From positions 4,475,146 through 4,539,145 of the forward strand of contig CAVNZM010000009.1 in assembly GCA_963693365.1 (NCBI GenBank): a DNA stretch of 64,000 nt. The letters run 5' to 3'. Numbering within the stretch: position 1 is the stretch's first letter; the number at the start of each line of letters is the position of its first letter. The notes under the pieces are model-generated. The model was not told the origin of the DNA, did not search any database, and saw nothing but the letters and a program-made list of their open reading frames with translations. The stretch is from Amoebidium appalachense (Eukaryota > Protista > Ichthyosporea). Both the position numbers and the translations under genes were made by a program. This document shows, piece after piece, positions 1-14,534 of the stretch.

Positions 1-879
1 TCCCTTTCGCAAGACACCAACAAGCCACAGCCCACCACCTTTCCAGCCCCACCCACCATGTAGCTACTCTCAAGTTACTACCACGACATGCCCCAGCACC
101 TAGCCACCTTGCAATCACCACCACCCCAAGTACGACACATAAAGACACAGTCAAGAGTACTGCTTCCTTACTGCACATGTCTTTGCAACACCGACACCAC
201 CAAATCGACTACAAACCTTTTTATATACACACCTTACTAAACCAACACCACCAACCAAAACACCAAAACTCACCAACCAAAACACCAAAACTCACCAACC
301 AAAACACCAAAACTAACACCACCAACCAAAACACACGAAACTATCAACCACCAACCAAAACACACGAAACTACCAACCAAAATGACACGAGAATGTGTAG
401 CTTTTGTCTGTTTTGCGCTTCATTTCTTTGTTCCACTGCCTCTTTTTCTTTGTCTTTTTGTGTTGTGTTGTCCTCTCGTTTCTACTTTTGTTGGTCCTCG
501 TGTGTACATGCTTCTGTTTTAACTTTGTTGCGTGCCTTTTACTAATATCTACTTGGGTGCTTTTGAATCTTCTTATTCTTATGATGTTGCCTGTCTGGTT
601 GTTCGGTCACATTGCTTTGCGTGCCTGCCATTTCTGTCTCGTTGATCCCTTCTGTTTCTACCTTTGTTGGGTGTCTACTTTTTGTTTTTGCCTACCTTTG
701 TTTGGTGTCTACTTTTTGTTGTTGCTTCACCTGCACCTCTTCATTTTATGTTGTGTGTGTTCGGCTGTTTCTGTGATGAAGTCATAATGTGATTGTGTTG
801 TGTGGTGCTGTGCTGTGTGTGTTTCTTCCGTGCTGTGCCACTTTTTGTGCTACCTCTCCATCTAACACCCCCCACCACT

Positions 880-1114
880 ATGCTAGCATTGCCCCAACGT
901 TGCTCTGTTAGCACTTGTGTGCTTTCAGTGTGCTCCGTGTGGCCTCTTGCAGCGCGCAGTACCGTGTGCAGTGTGCACCGAGTACCTGTGGGCGTGCAGT
1001 ACCTCTTGCACGTGTGCGTAAAGTACATGCGGCCCTTTTGATTGGCTGGTGCTTGTGCGTCCCCGCCGTCGTTGCGTGCGGGGTAGCTTTCCACCCACCA
1101 AAGGAAACCGTCTG
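880..1114 (-). CDS. Conserved coding exon of unknown protein, array copy 1 (DGFLWWVESYPARNDGG...EQRWGNAS)
   Basis: A CAG acceptor precedes it, the frame is open in all 4 copies, and many differences are synonymous in this frame (GAC/GAT, GGT/GGC/GGG, TTC/TTT, CGT/CGC, CTA/CTG). The 3' boundary is uncertain. Confidence 0.6.
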
Positions 1115-1157
1115 CTGTAGGCTGCAAAGTGCTTCTTAGCACTTAGGCTACATCAGC

Positions 1158-1203
<46 letters not shown>

Positions 1204-1328
1204 ACCCACCCCACCCTTCTTTCCTGGCCCCGCCCTGCCCCGTCTCAAGGGCCCCATTATACCTGTAAATAAAGTAAGCACACGTGAGCTCGAATTTTGA
1301 TCTCGTTCTCACGAGCAGTCCTCCCCCT

Positions 1329-1380
<52 letters not shown>

Positions 1381-1588
1381 ACACACACACCCACCTTCCC
1401 CTCCCTCCACCCCAACGCATCCCTCCCCCGTACCTTTCCCCCATTCTTCCTTCCTCCATCCCTTTCCTCTTCATGCCTTTGAGGTTGTTTTGCAGTGCCG
1501 TTCCTCACCGCCCGCCTTAACCATCCCCCCCCCCCCCCCTCCCCCTCCCTCCCCGTCCCGTCCTCCCAAAACCACCCCACTCCCCCCT

Positions 1589-1619
<31 letters not shown>

Positions 1620-1646
1620 TGCGCCCTGCCCCCTTCCCCCCCTATT

Positions 1647-1677
<31 letters not shown>

Positions 1678-1911
1678 CCCGCAACAAAGAAAACGCCTCC
1701 TCACCCATCTTTGCCTCTCCCTTTTTCCAATTTTTGTGGTTACTGTGCGCTGTAAATGAGTAGGTGCAAGTCTTGGTTAAATTTACAGCGCAAAAATTGG
1801 AAAGTGTGTGTGGCCGTATGGTAGGTTACGGTGTGTGAGGGAGACATGGCAGCGTCTGTCTGTGTGGTGTTTGGTGGTGGACTATATTGTTTTCTGATTG
1901 GTGCCTTGCAG

Positions 1912-1972
1912 GGACGATGCCGGAGTGATCTGCCGCCACTTCAAGACGACCAGCAGTCTCTCCCCTCTGATG
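1912..1972 (+). other. 61-nt plus-strand exon-like island (copies at 8201-8261, 14346-14406, 16441-16501)
   Basis: Branch-like CTGAT/CTAAT, then ttgcag acceptor; donor GTGGG (copies 1-2) or GTGAGT (copies 3-4). Reading frame unresolved. Confidence 0.55.
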
Positions 1973-2325
1973 GTGGGCACTCCTTTCTCCCCCCTTGCCC
2001 CCCCCCCCCCCTCCCCACCCACCCACCCACCCCACCTCCCCCTCCCCCCACCTGCCCATTGCCCCTTTCCCCCCTCCCCATTGCCCCTTGTTCCTTTTCC
2101 TTCCTCCCCATTGCCCCTTCCCCCCCTCCCCACCCCCTCCTCCCCTCTCATCACGGACCCACCCAGACCCACAAACACACACACACAAACACAGCTACAA
2201 GGTAAGAAAAAAGGACGGCCAAAAGGGAAAAAAAAAAAAAAAAAGAGAAAAGGAAGGACCTCTGCAGCTTACGCAAATCACAAACGTTTGGTAGGCACAT
2301 GGCCACAAGGAAAGAAAAAAGGACG

Positions 2326-2360
<35 letters not shown>

Positions 2361-2978
2361 AGAGAGAGAGAAAAGGAAGGACCTTTGCAGCTTACGCAAA
2401 TTTCAAACTTTTGGTAGTACACAAGCCGTAACTGTGCCACTTTTACACAGGAGAGCGGTTGAGAGCATTTAAAAACGAGGTCAACAATATCATAAAGAAT
2501 GGGCTCTGGTTTTGTTAATCTCATGTGTTTTGCACAATTCTGACTTGCCTTTTTGCATGTACCTCACCGACCACGTCTGGGAGGGTACCTGGGATGCTAC
2601 CTGAACAAGGCAAGTGTGCCTTTCTCTTCCTCCTTTTCGGTGTCATTGTCACTGTCATTCGTGTGCTGGAGGTTCTGGTGTGCTCACGTTGAATAAATGT
2701 TTTAATTTGGCGCAGGTGTTGGTGTTATGTTTTTGTACAGGGTTAACAGGTCTTTTATAATATGTATAATATTCAGGGTAAACAGGTCTTTTATAACACG
2801 TCATAATATTCATAGTATTAAGGTTTATTTTTATCCATTTTTATCTTGCTATCAACTTTGGTTTGGGTTAAAGGTCCTTGGCAGCATTAATGTTTTGTTT
2901 AATTTTTAAGTTTTATTTCAATTTATTTATTAATTATTTGAATTTTTATATTATCTATTTATTTTAATATATATATAA

Positions 2979-3018
<40 letters not shown>

Positions 3019-3057
3019 GGGGGGGGGGGGGGAGGTTTGTAACACCACCACAGGTCT

Positions 3058-3501
3058 CTAAGGCTCCTGTTTGCTTTTTCTGTGTTGTTTTGAATTCTCT
3101 TGTCCATGCCTTCTACATATCGCGATTCTGCATTTCACTTCAAGTGCATCTCGTCTCCCAAGTAGCGTCCCTCCCACCTTCATCGAATCGCGTACCTGCA
3201 ACACCCATGCTTCACCTCCCGCGTTTCGAGTATTTTTGTCTGCTTCCTCACGGTCCTGCTGCAACATCCCCCCGTGTTCTGCATGTCGTGGAGGATGTGA
3301 TTCATCTGCTCTCAAAGTGTGCTTTCTGCTTGGTTTTGCGCCAACAATCGTGTAAAAGGTGCCCTTCATGTTGGTTCGTGTGGTATGCTCATGTCCTGCT
3401 GATGTGTGTCTGGGAAGTGGATGTGTGCTCACGGTGAAAAGAATTTGTCGAATGGATGGATACGAGTGAAGTGGCTTGAAAGGAGGAGAAAAGGCTTTCA
3501 T
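3058..3501 (-). pseudogene. Degenerate coding-like segment of the array (open in copy 1 and in copy 2 at 9081-9482; disrupted near 15.4-15.6 kb and 17.4-17.8 kb)
   Basis: Homologous minus-strand ORFs share MLQQD.EEADKNTRN...KQEP; later copies carry stops and frameshifts. Confidence 0.3.
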
Positions 3502-4380
3502 GGAGAAGGGTTATTATATACCCGAGGTGAATGGTTAATTGGGCTGGAGAAATATTTTTGTGTTAGGAAATAGTTATGAGAAATGACCGGTTACTAGAAG
3601 AGGATTGCTTTGTTCTTGAACAGGTTTTGTTAGTTTTGTGTTTGTAGGGTGTGTCTTTTTCGGCTGTAAAATGAGCAGATGTGGGTGCGGGTAGGAGCGT
3701 ATGTTGTGCTGTGTGCCGTGAGCGAGCGGGTGCCTGCGGAGTTGCGGTGTTGTGAGCGTGAGTACTGTTTTCTTCCTTTTTCTCTCCCTCTCCCCCTCCC
3801 TCCCTGTCTCACTCTTTTCTGTGTGTGTGTGTGTATGTGTGTCTGTGTGTGTGTTTGTGTTTGTGCACGTGTGTGCGCGCGTGAGCGTTTTGGGTGCTTT
3901 ATAAGCATATCCCCCCACTCCCCGTGTTTTATTGGGGGGAAAAAAAAAAAAAAAAAAAAAAAGGAAACAAAAAGTAAAATACAAGAAAAAAAAGAAAAAA
4001 GAAAAAACAAAATAAAAAGTCAAATGGGGGTTTGTAATTTCTATAAAAATAGTGTTCTGGCTTAACTTTCGACTGCTTCTTTTCGGTTCCCCGCATCGTT
4101 TCATACGAAATAGCATGTGGTGATCAGACGACAATCGGGTTGTGAGATATTGTGTCGGTGAGAGGAGAATCGGCATCGGTTTTGGGTTTTCCGAGTAAGA
4201 GCTTGCAAAAATGTCCGAAAGCCGTGATATTACGGATTCGATCGGTATCAGTTTTGGGTTTGCCGAGTAAGAGCGTACAAAAATGTCCGAGAGCCGTGAT
4301 TTTACGGATTCGATATCACTTTCCGGTCTGCTGGAGACAACACTATCAAGGTATGCCCTGGCCTCCTCTCATTTCTTTTA

Positions 4381-4411
<31 letters not shown>

Positions 4412-4977
4412 CCCTTCCCCCCTCTTCCACCTTAAAAGTTCATTGTGCATTCCCCCCCCCACCTCCCCTTTCTTCTCATCCTCCCTCCGCCCTTCTCGAT
4501 CCACCCACCCCTCCCTGGGTTTGTTTGATCCCTCCCCCTCATCATCTATCTGTCCCTCTCCCCATGCTCTTTATATGCTTTGTACTCTAGAAAGTGTTCT
4601 CATCTCCATCCCCCCCCCTTCCCCCCCCCCCCCCCCCCCCCCCCTACCCCAGGCCATGGATACTTCTGGACCTTTCTGGACTGCCAACACGTGGCATCAT
4701 CCGCATGCACCAACCCTCGGCCCTGCCTGCTGCTGCTCTCAGCCCTCCACCTGCCCACCACTGCCTCCCTCCTGCCGCTACCACCACACAAACCAACATG
4801 GGAACAAAGCATCGAAACACGACACAACACAACACAACACAACACACACACCCATACAGACACGCATGCACCCATGCGTGCGCGCAACCACACATACACA
4901 TGCAAGCACGCATGCATGCACATGCACACATACGCAACGCACGCACGCAACGCACGCAACGCAAGCAACGCATGCAA

Positions 4978-5025
<48 letters not shown>

Positions 5026-5038
5026 TACACATACACAT

Positions 5039-5069
<31 letters not shown>

Positions 5070-5169
5070 AGCACACACGACACACAAACAAGCACACACG
5101 CACACAAACATCAACACTCGCACACACAACACATGCGACACACAAACATCAACACACACACACACACAC

Positions 5170-5382
<213 letters not shown>

Positions 5383-5898
5383 CACACACGGTAACATCGA
5401 CAACGTGCAAATCCCAGGCAAGTCGTCTCGATACACACCAAGGTGTGTGCCAGCTTCAACACAAGACCTGTCTCCCTCCTGTGCCGATGAACATGCAAAC
5501 CAAGCCTGGGCCCGACTCAACTCGATTCCACCTAGCCCGGCCCGTTTATGCTGAGTTGAGCCTGTAATTGTTCTACCCGACCCGGTCCGACCTTGCCAAC
5601 CGACCGGATGCTGTGTGCTGGCTCTGACCCGTAGCCGGATCCCCACAGGACTGCCACTGGTCCTCTCGATTGGTTCCTAATGCCGCACTGTGAAAGGTAT
5701 CCCCCCCCCCTCCCCCCCCCCCTCCCTCCATCCTGTTCCCCCAACATACACAAAATTATTTCCTCTCTCTCCTGTACCTCTCCTGCTATCCAAACATACA
5801 CAAACACCTGCTCTCCAAACATACACACACACATACATACACACACACACTCTTTCTTTTTCTCTCTCTTTCGTCTCTCTCCTCCCATTCTCTGACTA

Positions 5899-5934
<36 letters not shown>

Positions 5935-5965
5935 CACACCGCCCGCACCGCCCGCACCGCCCGCC

Positions 5966-6005
<40 letters not shown>

Positions 6006-6027
6006 TACCAGATACCAGCAGCTGGCG

Positions 6028-6085
6028 GTAAGTATCTCTCTTTCTCTATCTTCCTTCTGGTGGATTCTGATTGGGTGTTTTGCAG
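6028..6085 (+). other. 58-nt GT-AG intron-like element (copies at 11966-12022 and 20277-20334)
   Basis: GTAAGT donor, CTGAT branch-like motif and TTTGCAG acceptor, near-identical in three units. Confidence 0.6.
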
Positions 6086-7082
6086 GTGTGGAGATCGGCT
6101 ACAATATCATACATATGTTTGTGCGTAGCTGCTCCCTTTCGCTTCTGTATAGACTCGCCACACGTGTTTAAATTCTACTAAGTGTTGTTCGTCACACGAG
6201 CCTTTGCATCTCTTTAGTATACATACCTTGTGTACACTCTTCGTCCTCCAATACTATCTAGCACTGTCCGCAAAAGACTTAATAGGTATCTTTAATCTTT
6301 TTCTGATTCACTATCTGCCATTACCATTATCTTTGATGTGTGTATATTCTTATTATCTGCTGTTTCATCATCAAGACGCGATTGTATGTATATTCTTATT
6401 ATCTGCTGTTTCATCATCAAGACGCGATTGAATGTTTCACTTCGTGTATTTTTGTTTCACTATGCACCATGTGCGTCAGCAATTCGTGACCGTTCACCCG
6501 TTCACATCATCAACACGAGACATATGCACCGTTTGTCCTATTTGATGCCAAGACACCAATAAGCCACATCCCACCACCTTTCCAGCCCCACCCACCATGT
6601 AGCCACTCTCAAGTCAACCACCAAGACATGCCCCAGCACCTAGCCACCTTCCAACCATCCTTACTGCACAAGTCTTTGCAACCCGACACCACCAAATCGA
6701 CTACAAACTTTTTTATATACTGCACAACTTACTAAACTAACACCACCAACCAAAACACGCTTAACTTTCTTGCGTGCCTTCTGCTGATTGCTACTTGGGT
6801 GCTTTTGAATCTTTTTTTCTCTTATGATGCTGCCTGTCTGGTTGTTCGGTCACATTGCTTTGCGTGTCTGCCTTTTCTGTTTCAATATCCCTTCTGTTTC
6901 TACCTTTGTTGGGTGTCTACTTTTTGTTGTTGCCTCACCTGCACCACTTCATTGTATGTTGTGTGTGTTCTGCTGTGTCTGTGATGAAGTCATTATGTGA
7001 TTGAGTTGTGTTGTGCTGTGCTGTGTGTGTTTCTTCTGTGCTGTGCCGCTTTGTGTGCTACCTCTCCATCTAACACCCCCAC

Positions 7083-7318
7083 CATGCTAGCATTGCCCCA
7101 GCGTTGCTCTGTTAGCACTTGTGTGCTTTCAGTGTGCTCCGTGTGGCCTCTTGCAGCGTGCAGTACTGTGTGCAGTGTGCACCGAGTACCTGTGGGCGTG
7201 CAGCACCTCTTGCACGTGTGCACAAAGTACATGCGGCCCTTTTGATTGGCTGGTGCTTGTGCGTCCCCGCCGTCGTTGCGTGCGGGGTAGCTTTCCACCC
7301 ACCAAAGAAAGCCGTCTG
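7083..7318 (-). CDS. Conserved exon, array copy 2
   Basis: Near-identical to 880-1114 with the same frame open. Confidence 0.55.
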
Positions 7319-7502
7319 CTGCAGGCTGCAAAGTGCTTCTTAGCACTTAGGCTACATGCTCCCTCCCCGCCCCCCCCCTTCTTTCCTGGCCCCGCCCTGC
7401 CCCGTTTCCAGGGCCCCATCATACCTGTAAATGAAGTAAGCACACGTGAGCCCGAATATTGTATCTCCTGCACGAGCAGTCTCCCCCCTCCCCCCCCTCC
7501 CC

Positions 7503-7543
<41 letters not shown>

Positions 7544-7689
7544 CACACACGCACCCCCACCTTCCCCTCCCTCCACCCCAACGCATCCCTCCCCCGTACC
7601 TTTCCCCCATTCTTCCTTCCTCCATCCCTTTCCTCTTCATGCCTTTGAGGTTGTTTTGCAGTGCCGTTCCTCACCGCCCGCTTTAACCA

Positions 7690-7723
<34 letters not shown>

Positions 7724-7952
7724 CATACTGCATACTGTGCACATGGCTGATGTTGCATACTTGAATGTTTGCCTTTGCATGTGTCCTGCACCATGCTTCT
7801 CGTCGTGTATGCGTACTTCGTACCGTGTTCCGCATTCAAACCCCCCCCCCCCTCCCCCCTCCCCCCAGCCCCGTCCCGTCCTGCCAAAACCACCCCACTC
7901 CCCCCCCCCCCCCCCCCCCCCCCCCCTCGCGCCCTGCCCCCCTCCCCCTATA

Positions 7953-7989
<37 letters not shown>

Positions 7990-8286
7990 CCGCAACCAAA
8001 AAAAAAAAGGCTCCTCACCCATCTTTGCCTCGTCCTTTCTCCAATTTTTGTGATTACTGTGCACTGTAAATGAGTAGGTGCAATTCTTGGTTAGTGTGTG
8101 TGGCGTATGGTAGGTTACGGTGTGTGAGGGAGACATGGGAGCATCTGTCTGTGTGGTGGTTGGTGGTGGACTATATTGTTTTCTGATTGGTGCCTTGCAG
8201 GGACGATGCCGGAGTGATCTGCCGACACTTCAAGATGACCAGCAGTCTCTCCCCTCTGATGGTGGGTACTCCTTTCTCCCCCCCCT

Positions 8287-8336
<50 letters not shown>

Positions 8337-8480
8337 ACACATAAACACAGCTACAAGGAAAGAAAAAAGGACGGCCAAAAGAAAAAAAAAAGAAAAAGAA
8401 AAAAGAAAGGACCTTTGCAGCTTACGCAAATCTCAAACTTTTGGTAGGCACACGCGACAACACGTACACACACAAAGACG

Positions 8481-8615
<135 letters not shown>

Positions 8616-9887
8616 GCCGTAACTGCGCACTTGCACTTTCACACAGGAGAGCGGTTGAGAGCATTTAAGAACGAGGTCATCAATATCACAAAGAATGGGT
8701 TCTGGTTTTGTTAATCTCATGTGTTTTGCACAATTCTGACTTGCCTCTTTGCATGTACCTCACCGACCACGTCTGGGAGGGTACCTGGGATGCTACCTGA
8801 ACAAGGCAAGTGTGCCTTTCTCTTGCTCCTTTTCGGTGTCCTTGTCACTGTCATTCGTGTGCCTGGGGTTTCTGGTGTGCTCACGTTGAATAAATGTTTT
8901 AATTTGGCGCAGGTGTTGGTGTTTTATTCATAGTATTAAGGTTTATTTTTATAAATTATTTCATTTTTTATCTTATCTATTTATTTTACTATATATATAA
9001 TATATATATACATAAATATATATATATTGGAGGGGGGGAGGGGGGGGGGGGGGGGGGGTTGCTAACACCACCACAGGTCTCTAAGGCTCCTGTTTGCTTT
9101 TTCTGTGTTGTTTCGAATTCTCTTGTCCATGCCTTCTACAAATCGCGATTCTGCATTTCACTTCAAGTGCATCTCGTCTCCCAAGTAGCGTCCCTCCCAC
9201 CTTCATCGAATCGTGTACCTGCAACACCCATGCTTCACCTCCCGTGTTTCGAGTATTTTTGTCTGCTTCCTCATGGTCCTGCTGCAACATTTCCCCGTGT
9301 TTTGCATCATGTGGAAAATGCGCGAATCCTCTGCCCTCCAAACGTGTTTTCTGCTTTGTGATGCTCCTGAAGATTTTCTTGAAGTTTGCGACAGCATTCG
9401 TGTGGAAGGTGCCCTTCATGTCGGTTCGTGTGGTATGCTCGTGTCCTGCTGATGTGTGTCTGATAAGTGGACGTGTGCTCACGATGAAAATGACGCGTCG
9501 AATGGATGGATACGAGTGAAGTGTCGTGAAGGGAGGAGAAAAGGCCTTTATGGAGATGTTATGTACTCGAGGTGAATGGTCAATACGAGAAATATTCTGT
9601 TCTTGGGAAATAGTTATGAGAAATGACCGGTTACTAGAAGGGGATTATCTTATTCTTGCACAGGTTTTTTTAGTTTTGTGTTTATAGGGTGTAGGTTTTT
9701 ACGGCTGTTAAATGAGCAGATGTGGGTGCGGGTAGGAGCATATGTTGTGCTGTGTGCCGTGAGGGAGCAGGTGCTTGCGGAGTTGCGGTGTTGTGAGCGT
9801 GTACTGTGTTCTCCTTCCTTCTCTCCCTCCTTCTCTCTCTCTCGCTCCCTCTATTTCCCTCTCTTTCTCGTGTGTGTGTGTGTTTGT

Positions 9888-9936
<49 letters not shown>

Positions 9937-10409
9937 CGCTTTGGTTGCTTAATAAGCATATCCTCCCACTCCCCGTGTATAAAAAAAAATAATAAAAATA
10001 AAATAAAAAAAAAGGAGAAAGGAAAAAATAGTTTGAAAATGAAGTAAAAGGAAAAAAATAGGGGAGAAAAGAAAAATCAAAAAGAAGGAAAAAAAAGGGG
10101 GGGGGGGGGGGGGAAGGAAATAAGAAAGCCAAATGGGGGTTCAGAATTTTCTAGGAATGGTAGTAATTGGCTTGACTTTCGATTGTTTCTTTTCGGTCCC
10201 TAGCGTCGATTCACACGAAACGGCATGCCGTTATAAGATGACAATCGGGTTGTAACATTTTTGGTAAGAGGAGAATCGGTTTCGGTTTTGGTTTTTCTGA
10301 GTAAGTGCGTGCAAAAAATGGCCGAAAACTTTGGTTTTACGAATTCGATGTCACCTTCCGGTCTGCTGGAGACAACTACCAAGGTATCCCCCGGCGCTCC
10401 TCTCATCTC

Positions 10410-10446
<37 letters not shown>

Positions 10447-10472
10447 TTCCACCTTAAACGTTTAATTTGCTT

Positions 10473-10504
<32 letters not shown>

Positions 10505-10568
10505 CCCCTTTCTTCTCATTCCCCCTTCGCCCCTTTCAATCCATCCACCCCTCCCTGGGTTTGTTGGA

Positions 10569-10606
<38 letters not shown>

Positions 10607-11097
10607 CTCTGTCCCTCTCTCCCCATGCTCTTTATGTACTTTGCACCTTAGAAAGTATTCTCATCTTCATTCCCCGCCCCCCAGGCCATGGATACTTCTG
10701 GACCTTTCTGGACTGCCAACACGTGGCACCACCCGCATGCATCAACCCTGTGCCCTACCTTCTGCTACTCTCAGCCCTCCACCTGCCCACCACTGCCTCC
10801 CTCCTGCCGCTACCACGACACACACCAACACGGCAACAAAGCATTGAAACACGACACAACACAACACATCAAAGTTACACCACACACACATGCACACCCA
10901 CACAGACACGCATGCACCCGTTCGTGCGCGTACCCACACATGCACATGCAAGCACGCACGCATGCATGCACCCACATGTGCACGCACGCAAACACGCGCA
11001 CATGCACACGCACACGCACACGCACACGCACACACACGCGCACACACGCGCACACACGCGCACACACGCGCACACACGCGCGCACGCGCACACGCGC

Positions 11098-11183
<86 letters not shown>

Positions 11184-11781
11184 AAACACAAACACACACA
11201 CAAACAGCACACAAACACAGCACACGGCAACATCGACAACGTAGAAACCCCCGGCAAGTCATCTCGATACACAAAAAGGTGCGTGCCAGCTTCAACACAA
11301 CTCCTCTCCCCTCCCTTTGCCCATCAACACGCAACCAAGCCTGAGCCCGATTCGATTCGATTCCACCTGGCCCTATGCTGAGTTGAGCCTGTAATATTTT
11401 TGACCGACCCTGCCCGACCAAGCCAACCGACCGGATGCTGTGTGCTGGCTCTGACCCGTAGCCAGGACTGCCACTGGTTTTCTCGATTGGTCTGTAATGC
11501 TGCACTGTGAAAGGTATCCCCCCCCCCTCCCCCTCCCCCCCCCCCCCCCCCCCCCGCTCCCCGCCTGCCCTTTCTCCTGTTTCCCCAACATACCCACACA
11601 CACACGCCCGCACACAAAATGGTATCCCGTCTCTCCTCTACCTCTCTAGCTCCCCCAACATACACGCACGCAAACACGCACACACGCACTCTTCGTCTCT
11701 CTCCTCCCCCTCACTGACACATACAACACGTGCTTACCTTACATATTGAACACATATTGAACACACACGCTCACACACGCA

Positions 11782-11825
<44 letters not shown>

Positions 11826-13247
11826 TTCACACACGCACATATGCACACACGTGCACACACACACACACGTTTACACTTGCTCCCACATTTACATTCCATG
11901 TGTTCTCGATACAAAAGAAATCACTTATCCATACATCATGCATGCTTGCAGACAAGCCCCTGGCGGTAAGTATCTCTCTTTCTCTATCTCCCTTCTGGTG
12001 GATTCTGATTGGGTGTTTGCAGGTGTGGAGATCGGCACGACACTCAGCACTAACTATATGTTGCTATAAATAGTGTCAGACATATGTTGGCGTTACTGTT
12101 GTATTGCTCCTGTATCGACTCACAACACGTGTTTAAAATTCTACTAGCTGACTTGTCCATCACACCATCGACTTTTGCTTTCTGTAAATCTTTAATTCCA
12201 GATATCTGATGCTCACTTTTTGTCTTACATTGTCTATATGTCTTGTATGCACAGCTAATGTCTAGTGTATGCACTGCCGAAGAAACACTTGCTAGCCATC
12301 TTTTTTATCTGCTTTGTGCTATCAGCAATATGTGTATTCGTTGCGTTATATGCTGTTTTCATCACATTACCTATACGCTTGTATGCCTTGCTACATCACA
12401 TCACCACCTTGCACCCTACACCATTTGCTGTAAGGCACCAAGCCATAGCCCACCACCTTTCCAGCCCCACCCACCATGTAGCTACTCTCAAGTTACCACC
12501 AAGACATGCCCCAGCACCTAGCCACCTTTCACCCACCACCACGCCAAGTATGACACATCAAGAAACGTGATGTAGAGAACGTGGCTTCATTACTGCACCA
12601 TTTACATCAACTGCACCATTTGCAACACCAACACCACCAAATTAAACCCCCCCCCCCCCCCCCCCCCTCCCTCCCCCCCCCCCCCCCCCCCCAAAAAAAA
12701 AAAAAAAAAAAAAAAGAAATGCTGCAAAATCTACCAAAACAATACTACCAACCGACACTAACAAACAAAATTACACAAATTGCTGAATGCACGGTTTCTC
12801 TTTGATGGCAAACGAACTTGCACTTCATTTCTGTGTGCTGTAGCCCTTTGCTTCTACGTATGTTACCTTGCCCTTTGTTTCTACTTTTTGGTGGCACTTC
12901 ATTTCTGTGTTCCTTTGCCCTTTTGCTTTCTACCTTTGTTGGGTTATCTGTTCTGTTGCTACTTTACTGCTTGCTCCAGTCTCTTTTCGACTTTTAACCT
13001 TGTTTGGTGTTCAATGTGACTTTGTTCAACTTGGGTGTCTATTGGTTTCGGCTTCTTTTTCTGCTGGGTGCTTACTTCTTTTGTTCAGTTTCTTATTGTT
13101 TCTCCTTTGTTGCATGTCTGCTTGTTCGGTCACACATCTTTGCTCGTCTTCTTTGTGCTGTGCTGTGTTGTGCGGTGCTGTATGGTTTCTTTTGTGATGT
13201 GCCGTTTTGTGTGCTGTGCTGCCTCTCCATCTAACACCTCCCACCAC

Positions 13248-13483
13248 TATGCTAGCATTGCCCCAGCGTTGCTCTGTCAGCACTTGTGTGCTTTCAGTGT
13301 GCTCCGTGTGGCCTCTTGCAGCGCGCAGTACCGTGTGCAGTGTGCACCGAGTACCTGTGGGCGTGCAGTACCTCTTGCACGTGTGCACAAAGTACATGCG
13401 GCCCTTTTGATTGGCTGGTGCTTGTGCGTCCCCGCCGTCGTTGCGTGCGGGGTAGCTTTCCACCTTACAAAGAAACCCATCTG
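13248..13483 (-). CDS. Conserved exon, array copy 3
   Basis: Same frame open (ADGFLCKVESYPARND...). Confidence 0.55.
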
Positions 13484-13825
13484 CTGCAGGCTAAGAAGTG
13501 CTTCTTAGCACTCAGGCTACATCAGCTCAACGTCCCCCCCCTCCCCCCACCCCCCTCGCCCCCTCTCTCCCCCCGGGGCTCCGCGCTTCTCCTCCCCCCT
13601 CCCCTCCCTTCTCTTCCCTTCCCGGCCCCTCCCTGCCCCGCCCCAAGGACCCCATCAGACCTGTAAATAAAGTAAGCGCACGTGTGCTCGACTTTTGATG
13701 CTCTACTACATGACCAGTTTTGGTCTCTCCGTCCCCTCTCTCCCCTCCCCCATTCTTCCTTCCTCCATCCTTTTCCTCTTCATGCCATTGAGGTAGTTAT
13801 TGCAGTGCCCGTCTTCACTACCGCC

Positions 13826-13872
<47 letters not shown>

Positions 13873-13945
13873 GGGCAACCATACAGATACAACACGACCA
13901 CCAGCACGACCACCACCACCACCACCACCACCACCACCACCACCA

Positions 13946-14016
<71 letters not shown>

Positions 14017-14503
14017 CACACACACACACACAGACACACCCTTCCCCCCCCCATCTCCCCCCCCCCCCCCCCTCCCCCCACCTTCCCCTGCACACACACA
14101 CACACACACACACTCCCTGCTCCCCCTTCCCCCTGTCTCCCACTCCTTTGCGTCATCCTCTTTCCCAGTTTTAAGGTATCTGTGCGGCCGTGCATGGGTA
14201 GATGCATTTCTTGTTTTGTGTGGCACATAGTAGGCAACAGTGTGTGAGGGAGACGTTGTGGTGGTGTGTCTGTGTGGTGGTGGTGTTGTGGTGTAGTGTG
14301 ATGTGGTGTGGTGGGCTACATTGTTTTCTAATTGGTGCCTTGCAGGGACGATGCCGGAGTGATCTGCCGCCACTTCAAGACGACCAGCAGTCTCTCCCCT
14401 CTGATGGTGAGTCCCCCCTTCCCCCGCCTCTCCCCCCCATTCCCTGCTCCCCTCCCCCCCCCCCCCTCCCCCCCCCCCCCTCCCCCCTCCCCTCTCCCCC
14501 CCC

Positions 14504-14534
<31 letters not shown>

